Positions 49,247-58,984 of a DNA stretch of 64,000 nucleotides are shown here, one piece after another. The notes beneath the pieces are model-generated. The model worked only from the letters and a program-made list of their open reading frames with translations. It made no database searches and was not told the origin of the DNA. The position numbers and the translations under genes were made by a program. Every line of letters starts with the position of its first letter. Positions within the stretch are counted from its first letter, which is position 1. The DNA lies in the IMG/VR virus record IMGVR_UViG_3300023184_000026, positions 124,001-188,000 of that record; one strand, given 5' to 3'.

Positions 49247-50497
49247 ATGAAATTGACCCACTTTGAAATTGATCCATCTCGCCACGCTCTTGTTGTTGAC
49301 GTTGAGTTTTATCAGATGAATTTGAAGAATGTAGTTGATGGTGCTCGTAAAAATGATCCTGAACTATTCAGTGACGAGGGTATTTATCTACCCGCTTGGA
49401 GTAAGTTTGCGAAAAGCCCTATCAAGGCTAAAGGATTTTGGACGTATATGCTGCAATCGGTATTTGATGGTAAGCATGGTTATGACGAGCTTAACTTTGA
49501 TTTTCAACGAAACAGTGTAAATGACTCTGGTGTGTATATGATGTTTATGCCAGGTAATATGAAGATTGTGTGCTTGCGAGAGGCCGCTTTACTTGCTGAG
49601 TCGGCACTTCAAAATTTCTCTGTTGTCGTATTATCTAGCATCAATGGTGTTACAAACGCAAGTGCTCAATCCGATACCAAAGATGCCATTGAACTTGCTC
49701 GACGCAATGGAAAAAAGGTTCTTATTCTATCAACATGCTTGGCACAGCGTTCTTTTAGCGTTGGTGAGATTTCTGGAGTGTTTCTAGCATATGACAATGG
49801 CGAAGCTGGTGCAACTATCCAGAAAATTTCTCGCGGACTCACTCCGTCTGTCGTGGGTAAGATTGGACGAATTGTGAGTCTTTCGTTCGACCCACACCGA
49901 GATGACAAACTGGACAGCTTGATCTTGCAAACCGCCGTCAATTATCAAAAGAGTCACGATATTGCATCTATCAAAGAGGCACTCGCTCTTGTGCTCAAGA
50001 CCGTGGATATTTTCAGTTGCCAAGCTGGCGGTGCCGTAAAGATCGACGTAAGTACATATCTTGAAGAGATCGTTAATCAAGCTCGTATTAGCCGAGTTGT
50101 TGGTCGCATATCATATGTTGATAAGTTGAGTGAAAGTTTGCGTCAAGCATTACTCAATAGCAATTTTAGTCACTACGTTCCTGCAACCGACGAAGTTGCA
50201 CAAAAAGGTAAAGCAATTGCAAAGAAACTCAAAAAAGGCACACCAAAGCAGCAAAAACAGCGAAAGACCGAAGATCAAGAATTGCGTGAAAAAATTGTTG
50301 CATTGTGTGAAAATCTCGATGTTGTAGTGTATGGAACCAACTCAAACAATATGGCGGAAGCAATTAAAGTATTGAAGGTTAGTAAAGAACTTCAAGTTTC
50401 ATTTCAAGATGAAGCTGGTATGCCATATACTGCTCTCAAAGAATTGATTGACAGTGGTGCAATCAACTTGAGTATAATTGAACTTGTTAAATACTGA
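49247..50497 (+). CDS. putative SF2 helicase C-terminal half
   Basis: Follows the RecA1 half; QRSFSV..ISGVFL..D..TIQKISRGLTP resembles helicase motifs V-VI; own promoter at 49212. Confidence 0.5.
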   Translation: MKLTHFEIDPSRHALVVDVEFYQMNLKNVVDGARKNDPELFSDEGIYLPAWSKFAKSPIKAKGFWTYMLQSVFDGKHGYDELNFDFQRNSVNDSGVYMMFMPGNMKIVCLREAALLAESALQNFSVVVLSSINGVTNASAQSDTKDAIELARRNGKKVLILSTCLAQRSFSVGEISGVFLAYDNGEAGATIQKISRGLTPSVVGKIGRIVSLSFDPHRDDKLDSLILQTAVNYQKSHDIASIKEALALVLKTVDIFSCQAGGAVKIDVSTYLEEIVNQARISRVVGRISYVDKLSESLRQALLNSNFSHYVPATDEVAQKGKAIAKKLKKGTPKQQKQRKTEDQELREKIVALCENLDVVVYGTNSNNMAEAIKVLKVSKELQVSFQDEAGMPYTALKELIDSGAINLSIIELVKY

Positions 50498-50541
50498 AAC
50501 ACCTTGACTTTTTATAAATAAGGTTCATTATCTTCTACACT

Positions 50542-51690
50542 ATGAAGAAAGAAAACATGATTTTCCGCTTGAAGATGGAGATTGGCAGTCTCGTGAATGA
50601 GATGGTCGCCAAACTTCCAGATGAACTATTTTCAAGCGATTCTACCACATTCCTCGATCCTAGTATGGGTGGAGGACAATATGTATCAGCAATTGAAAAT
50701 AGGCTTCGCACACACGGTCACACTGATAAAAATATCAAAAGTCGTGTGTTTGGTGTTGAGAAAAATATGCTGCGTGTAAATTATGCAATCAAGAAGAACA
50801 AACTTGTTGGAACATACAGTGTTGACAAGAGTGATGTTCCATCTATACTTATATGTAGTATGAAATTTGATTGTATAGTTGGCAATCCCCCTTATCAAAC
50901 CCAGACTGATGGAAACAGTCGTCCTATCTGGCATTTATTTGTTGAAAGTTCTATTAATACTTTAGAAGATGGTGGGTATCTTTGTTACGTACATCCGTCG
51001 GGCTGGAGGAATGTTGAAGGTAAATTTAAAAATACTGGAAATTTGTTGGCATTGAAAGATGTTCAATATTTAGAAATTCATAATGAAAAAGATGGTATGA
51101 ATACATTTGGTGCAGAAACACGTTACGATTGGTATGTAATGAAAAACATACCATCCAAAAACAAAACCATCGTCAAATTCCAAGATAATGAAATTCGTCA
51201 AGTGGATCTGTCGTCGTTGCCATTTATTCCAAATGGGGAGTTTGATAAAATTTCTGATTTATTAGCAAAAAATGGGGAAGACAAATGCAATGTTCTTTAC
51301 TCGTGCGAGTATCATACTCAACGCGACTATATAAACGATGAAAAAACTCAAAAATTTAAATACCCCGTAATTTATACAGTTGCCAACAAAGATAAACTTA
51401 CTTTTAAATATTCTTCTGTAAAACGCGGTCATTATGGGGAGCCAAAATTGATTTGGAGCAATGGGCGAATTATATCCATTGGGTCACACGTGGACGGCAC
51501 TGGGGAATATGCATTAACTCAGTTTTCTTATGCTTTACTCGACGACGCTAAAAATTTGCCAATTATAAAAAAAGTATTTGATTCACCTTCTTTTAGAAAT
51601 TTAATGGAACATTGCGCCGTTGGCGAATTATCTTTAAATTATAAAGTCCTTGCACTGTTCCGTAAAGACTTCTACAAAGACTTTATATGA
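50542..51690 (+). CDS. Eco57I/TaqI-like N6-adenine DNA methyltransferase with TRD
   Basis: FLDPSMGGG (motif I), IVGNPPY (motif IV), YVHPSGW, KLIWS. Confidence 0.85.
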   Translation: MKKENMIFRLKMEIGSLVNEMVAKLPDELFSSDSTTFLDPSMGGGQYVSAIENRLRTHGHTDKNIKSRVFGVEKNMLRVNYAIKKNKLVGTYSVDKSDVPSILICSMKFDCIVGNPPYQTQTDGNSRPIWHLFVESSINTLEDGGYLCYVHPSGWRNVEGKFKNTGNLLALKDVQYLEIHNEKDGMNTFGAETRYDWYVMKNIPSKNKTIVKFQDNEIRQVDLSSLPFIPNGEFDKISDLLAKNGEDKCNVLYSCEYHTQRDYINDEKTQKFKYPVIYTVANKDKLTFKYSSVKRGHYGEPKLIWSNGRIISIGSHVDGTGEYALTQFSYALLDDAKNLPIIKKVFDSPSFRNLMEHCAVGELSLNYKVLALFRKDFYKDFI

Positions 51691-52118
51691 GTTACAAAAA
51701 GGATCACACTAAAAAAGCAATCAAAGAGCGTGGTGAAGTATTTACACCAGAGTCTTTGGTTGAAGAAATGTTGTCTAAACTACCAGACATATTTTTTACA
51801 TCTGCCGATAAAACTATGTTGGACAATAGTTGTGGCAATGGTAATTTTCTTGCTAAAATATTGGAGTATCGTATGAAGAATGGTATAACGCAAATTGATG
51901 CTCTAAAAACAATATATGGTATTGAACTTGATCCTGTGAATGCAAATGAATGCAGAACTAGATTGAGCCTTGGTAGCAAGGATGTTGAAATATGGAAAGT
52001 GTTGCAGCATAATATTGTTTGTGCTAATGCTCTTGATGCTAATCATAATGGTTGGAATGATGTTGGTTATATGTGGGAAGGCAAAAAGCCACAACAAGAA
52101 TTCTTTACATTTCAGTAA
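51687..52118 (+). CDS. DNA methyltransferase SAM-binding half (motifs X, I, II only)
   Basis: RGEVFTP, LDNSCGNGNF, IYGIEL, NIVCANAL; no NPPY. Confidence 0.8.
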   Translation: MSYKKDHTKKAIKERGEVFTPESLVEEMLSKLPDIFFTSADKTMLDNSCGNGNFLAKILEYRMKNGITQIDALKTIYGIELDPVNANECRTRLSLGSKDVEIWKVLQHNIVCANALDANHNGWNDVGYMWEGKKPQQEFFTFQ

Positions 52119-52154
52119 AATATTTGACAATACGACCGTAAAGTGTAGTATAGT

Positions 52155-52979
52155 TTGATGAAATTTGATTCTATTGTAGGAAATCCGCCATTCAATGCAG
52201 ACCGAAGTGCGGGCAAAGGTTCAACAAGCACATTATGGGATGTGTTTGTTGAACATTCTTTGCATACAATAAAAGATGGTGGATATATTCTTTATGTTCA
52301 TCCTTCAAATTGGAGAAAACCAGATCATTATCTATGGCCGATATTATCTATATATTCCATAAAATATTTGAAAATGTTTTCATTGAATGCATCAAAGAAT
52401 ATCTTTGGAGCAGGAACCAAAGTTGATTTTTATTGTTTGCAAAAACTTGCAGCCAATAAAGACAGCAAAGTTATTGATGCAAACGGTATTGACTGTGAAG
52501 TAAATCTAAAGAAATGGCCATTTTTACCAAACAGTGGGCTTGATACAATCAAAGACATAATAAGTTTAAATCCAGCAGAATGCTGCAATATTTTGTATGA
52601 TACTACATATCATGGTATTCATACAAGCGACGTTGAAACTGCCGATTTTTGTAACAAGGTTGTTCACACCATTCGTCAAGATGGACCAAGATTTAGATAC
52701 TCTCGTATTCGCAATGGACATTATGGTGTCAAGAAAATAATTCTAAATGAAGGTGGTAAATTGTATCCTATAAATGATGCAACTGGTCAATATGCTATGT
52801 CACAAGGCACTTTTGGAATTGTTGTTGATGATGATGCTATTCGTGAAAATATAATGAAAGCATTGCAAAGCAAAGAATTTGAAGAAAAGGTTGTGGAATC
52901 TATCAAATGGGGAATTTATAGAATTGACTATAAGTTCTTTAGACACTTGAAAAAAGACTTTTGGAAAAAATTCGTTTGA
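52155..52979 (+). CDS. DNA methyltransferase catalytic/TRD half
   Basis: Begins MKFDSIVGNPPF; YVHPSNWRK; KKIIL; no motif I; own promoter at 52124. Confidence 0.8.
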   Translation: MMKFDSIVGNPPFNADRSAGKGSTSTLWDVFVEHSLHTIKDGGYILYVHPSNWRKPDHYLWPILSIYSIKYLKMFSLNASKNIFGAGTKVDFYCLQKLAANKDSKVIDANGIDCEVNLKKWPFLPNSGLDTIKDIISLNPAECCNILYDTTYHGIHTSDVETADFCNKVVHTIRQDGPRFRYSRIRNGHYGVKKIILNEGGKLYPINDATGQYAMSQGTFGIVVDDDAIRENIMKALQSKEFEEKVVESIKWGIYRIDYKFFRHLKKDFWKKFV

Positions 52980-53010
52980 CATTCTATAAAAAGTAAGTCA
53001 CTCTATATAT

Positions 53011-53247
53011 ATGTTCCAATACACAAAAAAATGGGAAGACCAAAAAATTGATCCAGTTGATACAATGTATAAAATTGATCAAGTAAAATTGGTCAAATGG
53101 CTAAAGCATATGCGTGGTCTAAATCATTTATTGATGAATGATTTGCTGCGTGATGACCGTGAAAGAGAAAAGGCCAGAGGAGCATTTGATGCATATTCTT
53201 GTTTGCTTGGAGATATTCAGCGTGGAACAATCTTTATGAAGAAATAA
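53011..53247 (+). CDS. hypothetical protein
   Basis: Preceded by a TTGACA promoter at 52976. Confidence 0.6.
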   Translation: MFQYTKKWEDQKIDPVDTMYKIDQVKLVKWLKHMRGLNHLLMNDLLRDDREREKARGAFDAYSCLLGDIQRGTIFMKK

Positions 53248-53262
53248 CCTGTGTGAAAGCAA

Positions 53263-54093
53263 CTATAGTACACACTCAATTACATGCTGTGATGTAAAGT
53301 GAAAATGTGTTATTCCAATTGTTTTAAGCATTATATTTTTTAGAGAACCGTCATATATTTGGTGTGATGTTACGAAACGACAATAGTTGTCAAATTGTGT
53401 TGGTGTATAAAGACTATGTCGTTTGAGTTTGTTATATACAGACCATTTTGTGAGAGAATGTTCCGCGCAAAGTACTTTAGACTGCTTGATATCTTCATTT
53501 ATATTCCAAGTTCTAAATACTCTTTCAATCTCTTCATCCGGTTCATATAAAAAATCTGTATTGTTTGACGCAATAAATAACCAACTTTGGTATGTTAATG
53601 GACTATCAATATAATTGGTTTTTAACAGCGACTGTTGTTTTGCAAGATCATATCTTTGTATAATTTCGTGAGTTGCAACAGCTGGTAGATAATACATGTC
53701 CGCTTCTTCAATTTCAATATCAAGAAAATTATCAGACACTAGAATATCATTGCACAACTTTAATGTATATTTGCTACCAAGATTGTTTTTTGCAAACAAA
53801 TATCCGGTTTTATCCAATGCTACATGACCAACTTGATGTCCCATACCAATAGGGTGTGGTTGAATTAAAAATGAGCAATTAAAATTTTCGCGATATATGT
53901 TCCCAACTTCAATCATTTGACTTTCGGATATATCAGTTCCTCTGTTTAATACTAGCACAATGCTGTGACATGCTTCTAATACAGAACGATTAAATTCCAT
54001 TATACCTCGCATTTTATCCAAACAATTTTCTTTAGAATCAATTCTGCCGCAAATCATTGCAGTTGTTTCTTTTAAAATATCTTTAATAATCAT
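53263..54093 (-). CDS. hypothetical protein, possibly glycan-related
   Basis: 276-aa ORF; KLCNDILVSD; no firm family call. Confidence 0.6.
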   Translation of the reverse strand: MIIKDILKETTAMICGRIDSKENCLDKMRGIMEFNRSVLEACHSIVLVLNRGTDISESQMIEVGNIYRENFNCSFLIQPHPIGMGHQVGHVALDKTGYLFAKNNLGSKYTLKLCNDILVSDNFLDIEIEEADMYYLPAVATHEIIQRYDLAKQQSLLKTNYIDSPLTYQSWLFIASNNTDFLYEPDEEIERVFRTWNINEDIKQSKVLCAEHSLTKWSVYNKLKRHSLYTPTQFDNYCRFVTSHQIYDGSLKNIMLKTIGITHFHFTSQHVIECVL

Positions 54094-54180
54094 AATTTTA
54101 AAATATTACATCAAATATTAATATTGTCAATATTTGTTTGACAATGCTATTGAAATTTGTATGATACATATATAAATTTT

Positions 54181-54867
54181 ATGAACGAAACTATCACAAT
54201 TGTACCTGCTCATGCTAACAGCGATCAAAAAAAGAAATTGCTTAAAACCGGCCTTATGGCAATAAAAACTCCGAAAATAGTGTCAACAAATTTTCCAGTT
54301 GATGATGAAACTTACGAACTATGTGATTATGTCATTTACGACAAGCGAAATCCTCGTTTGATGGCAGCTGACTATTCTATATATGGAGTTGATTATTGGT
54401 TCCGAAAAGTTGTCGGCAGTGATAGCATGGTGGAACAATGCAAGTTTGATCATGGATTTGCGGCATATACACTCATTGCCAATGGAATAAAATATGCAAA
54501 AGCAATGGGGTTTAAAAATTGCAATGTAATAGAATATGACTATGAATGGGACGACGAAGTAATGATTACGCATGAAAATGAATTGAAAAATAATGACGCA
54601 GTATTTTATAGATATACTCCATCAGAATGGAACGGTGTGGCATATAACTCTTCATTTTTTAGCGGCAAATCTGATGCACTGCTACATTTTTTCGGAAAAT
54701 ATAATGAACTTGATTCTTATTATAGAAATAATCTTCCCACACCAGGTCCGAAACTTCTCGAGAGAGTATTGTATTATGGTATGCAAGGAGCGGAACATAA
54801 AATAAAAGAATTTTCCACGGACTATATAAAGAAAAAATTAAAATACGACCAATCAAAACGTGTATAA
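54181..54867 (+). CDS. hypothetical protein, possibly GT-like
   Basis: CDYVIYDKRNP, HGFAA, VIEYD, LLERV; start taken at MNETIT. Confidence 0.55.
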   Translation: MNETITIVPAHANSDQKKKLLKTGLMAIKTPKIVSTNFPVDDETYELCDYVIYDKRNPRLMAADYSIYGVDYWFRKVVGSDSMVEQCKFDHGFAAYTLIANGIKYAKAMGFKNCNVIEYDYEWDDEVMITHENELKNNDAVFYRYTPSEWNGVAYNSSFFSGKSDALLHFFGKYNELDSYYRNNLPTPGPKLLERVLYYGMQGAEHKIKEFSTDYIKKKLKYDQSKRV

Positions 54868-54885
54868 CCAACTTATCATTATAAT

Positions 54886-55617
54886 ATGAGTCTTGAACTA
54901 AATAAAATCTATCACGAAGATTGTTTGGCAACCATGAAAAAGATGCCAGACAACTTTGTTGATTTGGTATTTACTTCACCTCCATATAATATGAACCTGC
55001 GTATTCGCAATGGTAAATATTGTAGCAGACAGATTGTAAAAGAATTTAGCACAAAGTATGATGGCTTTGATGACAACTTGCCTATTGATGATTTTTATAT
55101 CTTACACAGCAAGATTTTGAATGAGTTGCTGCGTGTGAGCAAGATCGTGTTTTATAACATTCAGATTGTTACAGGCAGCAAGGTTGCTTTCTTTCATATG
55201 ATTGGCGACTTTGCTCCATATCTCAAAGACATTATTGTATGGGATAAAAAGCATGGTCAACCTGCTATGCAAAGTGGTGTATTGAATAGGCGCACTGAAC
55301 TTATTTTGATATTTGAAAGAGAATATGCTATTTCACGTCAGTTCAAGAATGCTAAATTTGATCGCGGCACACTTGAAGATATATGGTGTATTGGCAGAGG
55401 TAAAAAGATTTCCAAAAATCATGGAGCAACATTTCCCATTGAACTTGCCAATAAAGTGATGATGAACTTTACCAACAAAGGTGATATAATATATGATCCT
55501 TTTATGGGCAGTGGCACAACCGCTGTGGCAGCAAAACAACATGCTTGTAGTTATATTGGCAGTGAGATCAGTGAAGATTATATAAAAACTGCCAATGACA
55601 GAATAGCAGCATCATAA
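54886..55617 (+). CDS. beta-class N4/N6 DNA methyltransferase
   Basis: FTSPPYN (motif IV) precedes DPFMGSGTT (motif I); HGATFP. Confidence 0.9.
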   Translation: MSLELNKIYHEDCLATMKKMPDNFVDLVFTSPPYNMNLRIRNGKYCSRQIVKEFSTKYDGFDDNLPIDDFYILHSKILNELLRVSKIVFYNIQIVTGSKVAFFHMIGDFAPYLKDIIVWDKKHGQPAMQSGVLNRRTELILIFEREYAISRQFKNAKFDRGTLEDIWCIGRGKKISKNHGATFPIELANKVMMNFTNKGDIIYDPFMGSGTTAVAAKQHACSYIGSEISEDYIKTANDRIAAS

Positions 55618-55683
55618 ACATTGACAAACTCTATATATATTGATATACTAAGTACAAATTAAAACAATCAAGAGGATAAATTT

Positions 55684-55743
55684 ATGGGAATGTTTGACAA
55701 TATATCAATAGCAGATAAACTGCCATTCAATGTGATGGAATAG
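55684..55743 (+). pseudogene. 19-codon remnant duplicating the 5' end of the 56644 gene
   Basis: MGMFDNISIADKLPFN versus MGMFDTISVADKLPFN. Confidence 0.8.
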
Positions 55744-55751
55744 AAACAATA

Positions 55752-56627
55752 ATGCCAACAATTGTAAATTTTATAACACACTCTCTGGGAGACAACATTG
55801 CGTTTTCTCCTTATGCTGATTTATATCAAAAGAAGCATGGTGGGAAAGTGTATGTAAAAACGAAATGGCACAATATACTGCAAAGTGAAAATCAAGATGT
55901 GGAATTTGTAGATATAAATTTTCATATGTTGGATGCTGACATAAAGAATGTAGACTTTCTTTTTCAGCGCGGACCAATTCAAAAAATAATCTGCGACCAA
56001 CTTGGACTAGAATATAAAGAAATTTTGCCAAGTATAAAAAGAGACCCCAAGCAATCATTCAAGAAAAAGAAGAAATATATTTGTATAGGCATACAATCTA
56101 CTGCGCAATGCAAATACTGGAATGATAACAACGGTTGGGATAAGTTGGTCAAGTATATTAAAGATAAAGGTTATGATATATATTGCATAGACAAAGACGA
56201 AGTATTTGGCACAAAAGAGAAATGGAATCATATGCCAACCGGCACAATAAACGAAACTGGCAACTATCCAATTGAATATAGAATAGAACAATTGGCTGGA
56301 TGTGAATTCTTTGTTGGATTGAGCAGCGGATTGAGTTGGCTTGCTTGGGCATTAAACAAAAAAGTGGTTTTAGTCAGTGGATGTACCGACGAAGACAATG
56401 AGTTTAAGCACAACTGTTATAGAGTAATAAACAAAAATGTATGTCATGGTTGTTTAAATGATCCAACTATCGACAATGTTAATGGCCTAAAAACTGGATG
56501 GATGTACTGCCCCAGAAATAAAAAATTTGAGTGTTCAAAGAAAATTACACTTGACATGGTGAAAGAAAATGTGATAAGATGCATTGAAGACTTAAATCAT
56601 GAAAACAAAAAACAATATATGCTATAA
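55752..56627 (+). CDS. TibC/Aah-like O-heptosyltransferase (GT9-related)
   Basis: SLGDNIAF, QSTAQCKYWN, FVGLSSGLSWLAW, VCHGC..CPR..FECSK. Confidence 0.8.
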   Translation: MPTIVNFITHSLGDNIAFSPYADLYQKKHGGKVYVKTKWHNILQSENQDVEFVDINFHMLDADIKNVDFLFQRGPIQKIICDQLGLEYKEILPSIKRDPKQSFKKKKKYICIGIQSTAQCKYWNDNNGWDKLVKYIKDKGYDIYCIDKDEVFGTKEKWNHMPTGTINETGNYPIEYRIEQLAGCEFFVGLSSGLSWLAWALNKKVVLVSGCTDEDNEFKHNCYRVINKNVCHGCLNDPTIDNVNGLKTGWMYCPRNKKFECSKKITLDMVKENVIRCIEDLNHENKKQYML

Positions 56628-56643
56628 AGCACAATAAAATATT

Positions 56644-57201
56644 ATGGGAATGTTCGACACAATATCAGTAGCAGATAAACTGCCATTCAATGATGAAATG
56701 GTTAAACTTGGTTTGGATAAGAATGTATTTCAGTTTCAAACCAAAGATTTACATTGTAGTATGAGTGAGTATTTCATTCAAGGTGGTAAACTCTTTGAAC
56801 AGAAACATAAAGAAACCAAATGGGTAGAAACTAAAGATGCTTTGTTTGGTGGACACTTGGAACGTACAGACCCATATTTAGTTGATACTCAATATCATGG
56901 TACGCTAAAATTTTATCACAGCGAACCTGTAGATAATCTTGATTGTTGGATGGAATATAAAGCAAGATTTACCAATGGCACTCTTGAAGATATAGAACTG
57001 TTTGACTTTCACACAACTGATAATACAGAATCAAGAAAGAGATTAGAAGAAATATTTGCTCAAGCCGCATTGCAACGCAACAAATGGTATAACAAATATA
57101 TCTTTGACACATCGCCTTGGAGCAAGTTCAGAAAACTTGTTTGTAAAGTATTATATAAGTTTGAAAGATGGCTGGCAGACACCAGAATGCATTTTCCGTG
57201 A
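56644..57201 (+). CDS. conserved phage hypothetical protein
   Basis: MGMFDTI...FQTKDL..Y.I..G.L..EYKARFTNG pattern. Confidence 0.65.
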   Translation: MGMFDTISVADKLPFNDEMVKLGLDKNVFQFQTKDLHCSMSEYFIQGGKLFEQKHKETKWVETKDALFGGHLERTDPYLVDTQYHGTLKFYHSEPVDNLDCWMEYKARFTNGTLEDIELFDFHTTDNTESRKRLEEIFAQAALQRNKWYNKYIFDTSPWSKFRKLVCKVLYKFERWLADTRMHFP

Positions 57202-57212
57202 TTTGAATCATC

Positions 57213-57347
57213 ATGAAAGTGTATATCGCGTTGGGAATATTATGGTTGATGTGTGTAGCTGTGTTTGTTTATTTTATATATACAGCAGTCGAAGGTTATG
57301 AAGATGATGATGGTTATCATGATGGCAAGCCGCCAACCAATGAATAA
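57213..57347 (+). CDS. small membrane protein (44 aa)
   Basis: Hand-translated; one TM helix followed by an acidic tail. Confidence 0.5.
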   Translation: MKVYIALGILWLMCVAVFVYFIYTAVEGYEDDDGYHDGKPPTNE

Positions 57348-57351
57348 AAAG

Positions 57352-57384
57352 AAGCCGGTATAGAGTTCCGTCTATACCGGCTTT
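57352..57384. terminator. bidirectional intrinsic terminator
   Basis: 13-bp perfect stem AAGCCGGTATAGA/TCTATACCGGCTT between convergent genes. Confidence 0.8.
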
Positions 57385-57418
57385 GTACTGTCTAGCCCAC
57401 GTGACCAAACGCGGTTTA

Positions 57419-57865
57419 TTACCCCGTGAAGGGTAAAGTGTTTATAGTTTTACTTTGTAAAAATGTTATTTCGCCTTCGTTGAATGGGTATGCCATCCAT
57501 TTAGCAGTTGAGAAATGTATTGGTATTTGATACAATGCCGCCAGATCTTTGGCAGTTTTTTTTGCTTTTTCAGTTGCTTTGTTTGGTAAATATTCGGCGT
57601 CATATTCATTGTCTTCTCCGTAGTTGGATTTTGCTATACGCACACCACCAGAATTCAATATTTTTTCCATTTCACCCTTACCACCGGCAACTTCTTCATG
57701 ACCTCCCCAGTCATCCACAGTTCCAAACTCGCCATCGGGATATACAACATATCCGTAGGGAATGCGAGATATTGGCAATGAATCGAAAGAATCCATAGTT
57801 CTATTTTCAAGCAATTTCGTATTGCGATTTATTATATCACTATAAAAACTCCTGTAATCAAACAT
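57419..57865 (-). CDS. hypothetical protein
   Basis: Preceded by TATTTATA on the minus strand. Confidence 0.6.
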   Translation of the reverse strand: MFDYRSFYSDIINRNTKLLENRTMDSFDSLPISRIPYGYVVYPDGEFGTVDDWGGHEEVAGGKGEMEKILNSGGVRIAKSNYGEDNEYDAEYLPNKATEKAKKTAKDLAALYQIPIHFSTAKWMAYPFNEGEITFLQSKTINTLPFTG

Positions 57866-57967
57866 AGCTATAAATATAACCTACTCAACAAAAATCTATA
57901 ATAGACATATCATAGAAATAGTATAAAAAAGATATGTTTATGAGTTGATATATTATATATATAATAT

Positions 57968-58195
57968 ATGAACTGGATATACCGCATCAAAGAACAAACT
58001 GTCAATGATAAAACTTTATTTTATCCTCAACGTAAAAAGTTTCTTGGATTTGATGATATAATAAGATATCATGATTATAGACTAAGAGATGAAGTTATTT
58101 GCTTTGACACTATGAAAGAAGCAAAAGCGTGGATAGATAAAGAAATAGATGATAATGCTGACGACGTTATAACAACAAAGTTCCACACTTTATAA
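57968..58195 (+). CDS. hypothetical protein
   Basis: FYPQRKKFLG pattern. Confidence 0.55.
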   Translation: MNWIYRIKEQTVNDKTLFYPQRKKFLGFDDIIRYHDYRLRDEVICFDTMKEAKAWIDKEIDDNADDVITTKFHTL

Positions 58196-58201
58196 TAGTG
58201 T

Positions 58202-58984
58202 TTAGGACGTTTGTTTGTTATTCAATTTGATATCAAATGCTGCTTCAAACGCAGCTGGTGCTTTTTTATAACTATCTTGTGATTCATCCTTTGGATCAGT
58301 CAAGTATTGCCAATTGAAACTCAATTCAGTTGGCACTTGAAAGCCAAAAAATTTCAATACACTTTTTTGAGTTTCCAATACTTGCTCGCCGTTCCAATTT
58401 TGTCCAATGAATACTATACCAGCATCTTTATCTTTTATAATATTATCTTCACCAAGAGTACTATGACGATTTTCAAGCCAAGACAAACGTTCAATCAGTC
58501 TTTGATATACACCATTGGTTTGTCCCCATCTTACACTACCAAAGAATACAACTGCGTCTGATTCAAACAATACTTTTGAAATTTTCCAAAGATCATCATC
58601 TTTGTTATTGTAACTACACCAACAACGATGATTTCCAGTCGGATTTTTTTCTTTACTTTCCAAAGCGGCTTGTTTCACTCCACAATTGTTGCCTTCTTTT
58701 TTGCTGATGTTGCCTTCGCAGTCATAAATTTTTAGTTTTGATACATCAATAATCTCGGAGTTTTTTATTTCTTGTGCAACATATTCTGCCAATATGCTAC
58801 TTTTTGGTTTTTGTTTGTCACCAACCCAACGATTGCTTGTGGTAAGAATCAATACTTTCTTTTTGGTCTTGAGTTTGTTTATTAAACTTTCAAGTTTATT
58901 TTCATATTCAGCACTTTCATTTAGTTGAAAATGCTCACGCAATAATTTTTTATGCTTATTGAAAGTTGATTCAAAGGTATTCAC
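58202..58984 (-). CDS. flavodoxin-fold NAD(P)H-dependent FMN reductase / iron-sulfur flavoprotein-like
   Basis: VLILTTSNR, four Cys in C..C..CWC, SDAVVFFGSVRWG, LIERL. Confidence 0.72.
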   Translation of the reverse strand: MNTFESTFNKHKKLLREHFQLNESAEYENKLESLINKLKTKKKVLILTTSNRWVGDKQKPKSSILAEYVAQEIKNSEIIDVSKLKIYDCEGNISKKEGNNCGVKQAALESKEKNPTGNHRCWCSYNNKDDDLWKISKVLFESDAVVFFGSVRWGQTNGVYQRLIERLSWLENRHSTLGEDNIIKDKDAGIVFIGQNWNGEQVLETQKSVLKFFGFQVPTELSFNWQYLTDPKDESQDSYKKAPAAFEAAFDIKLNNKQTS

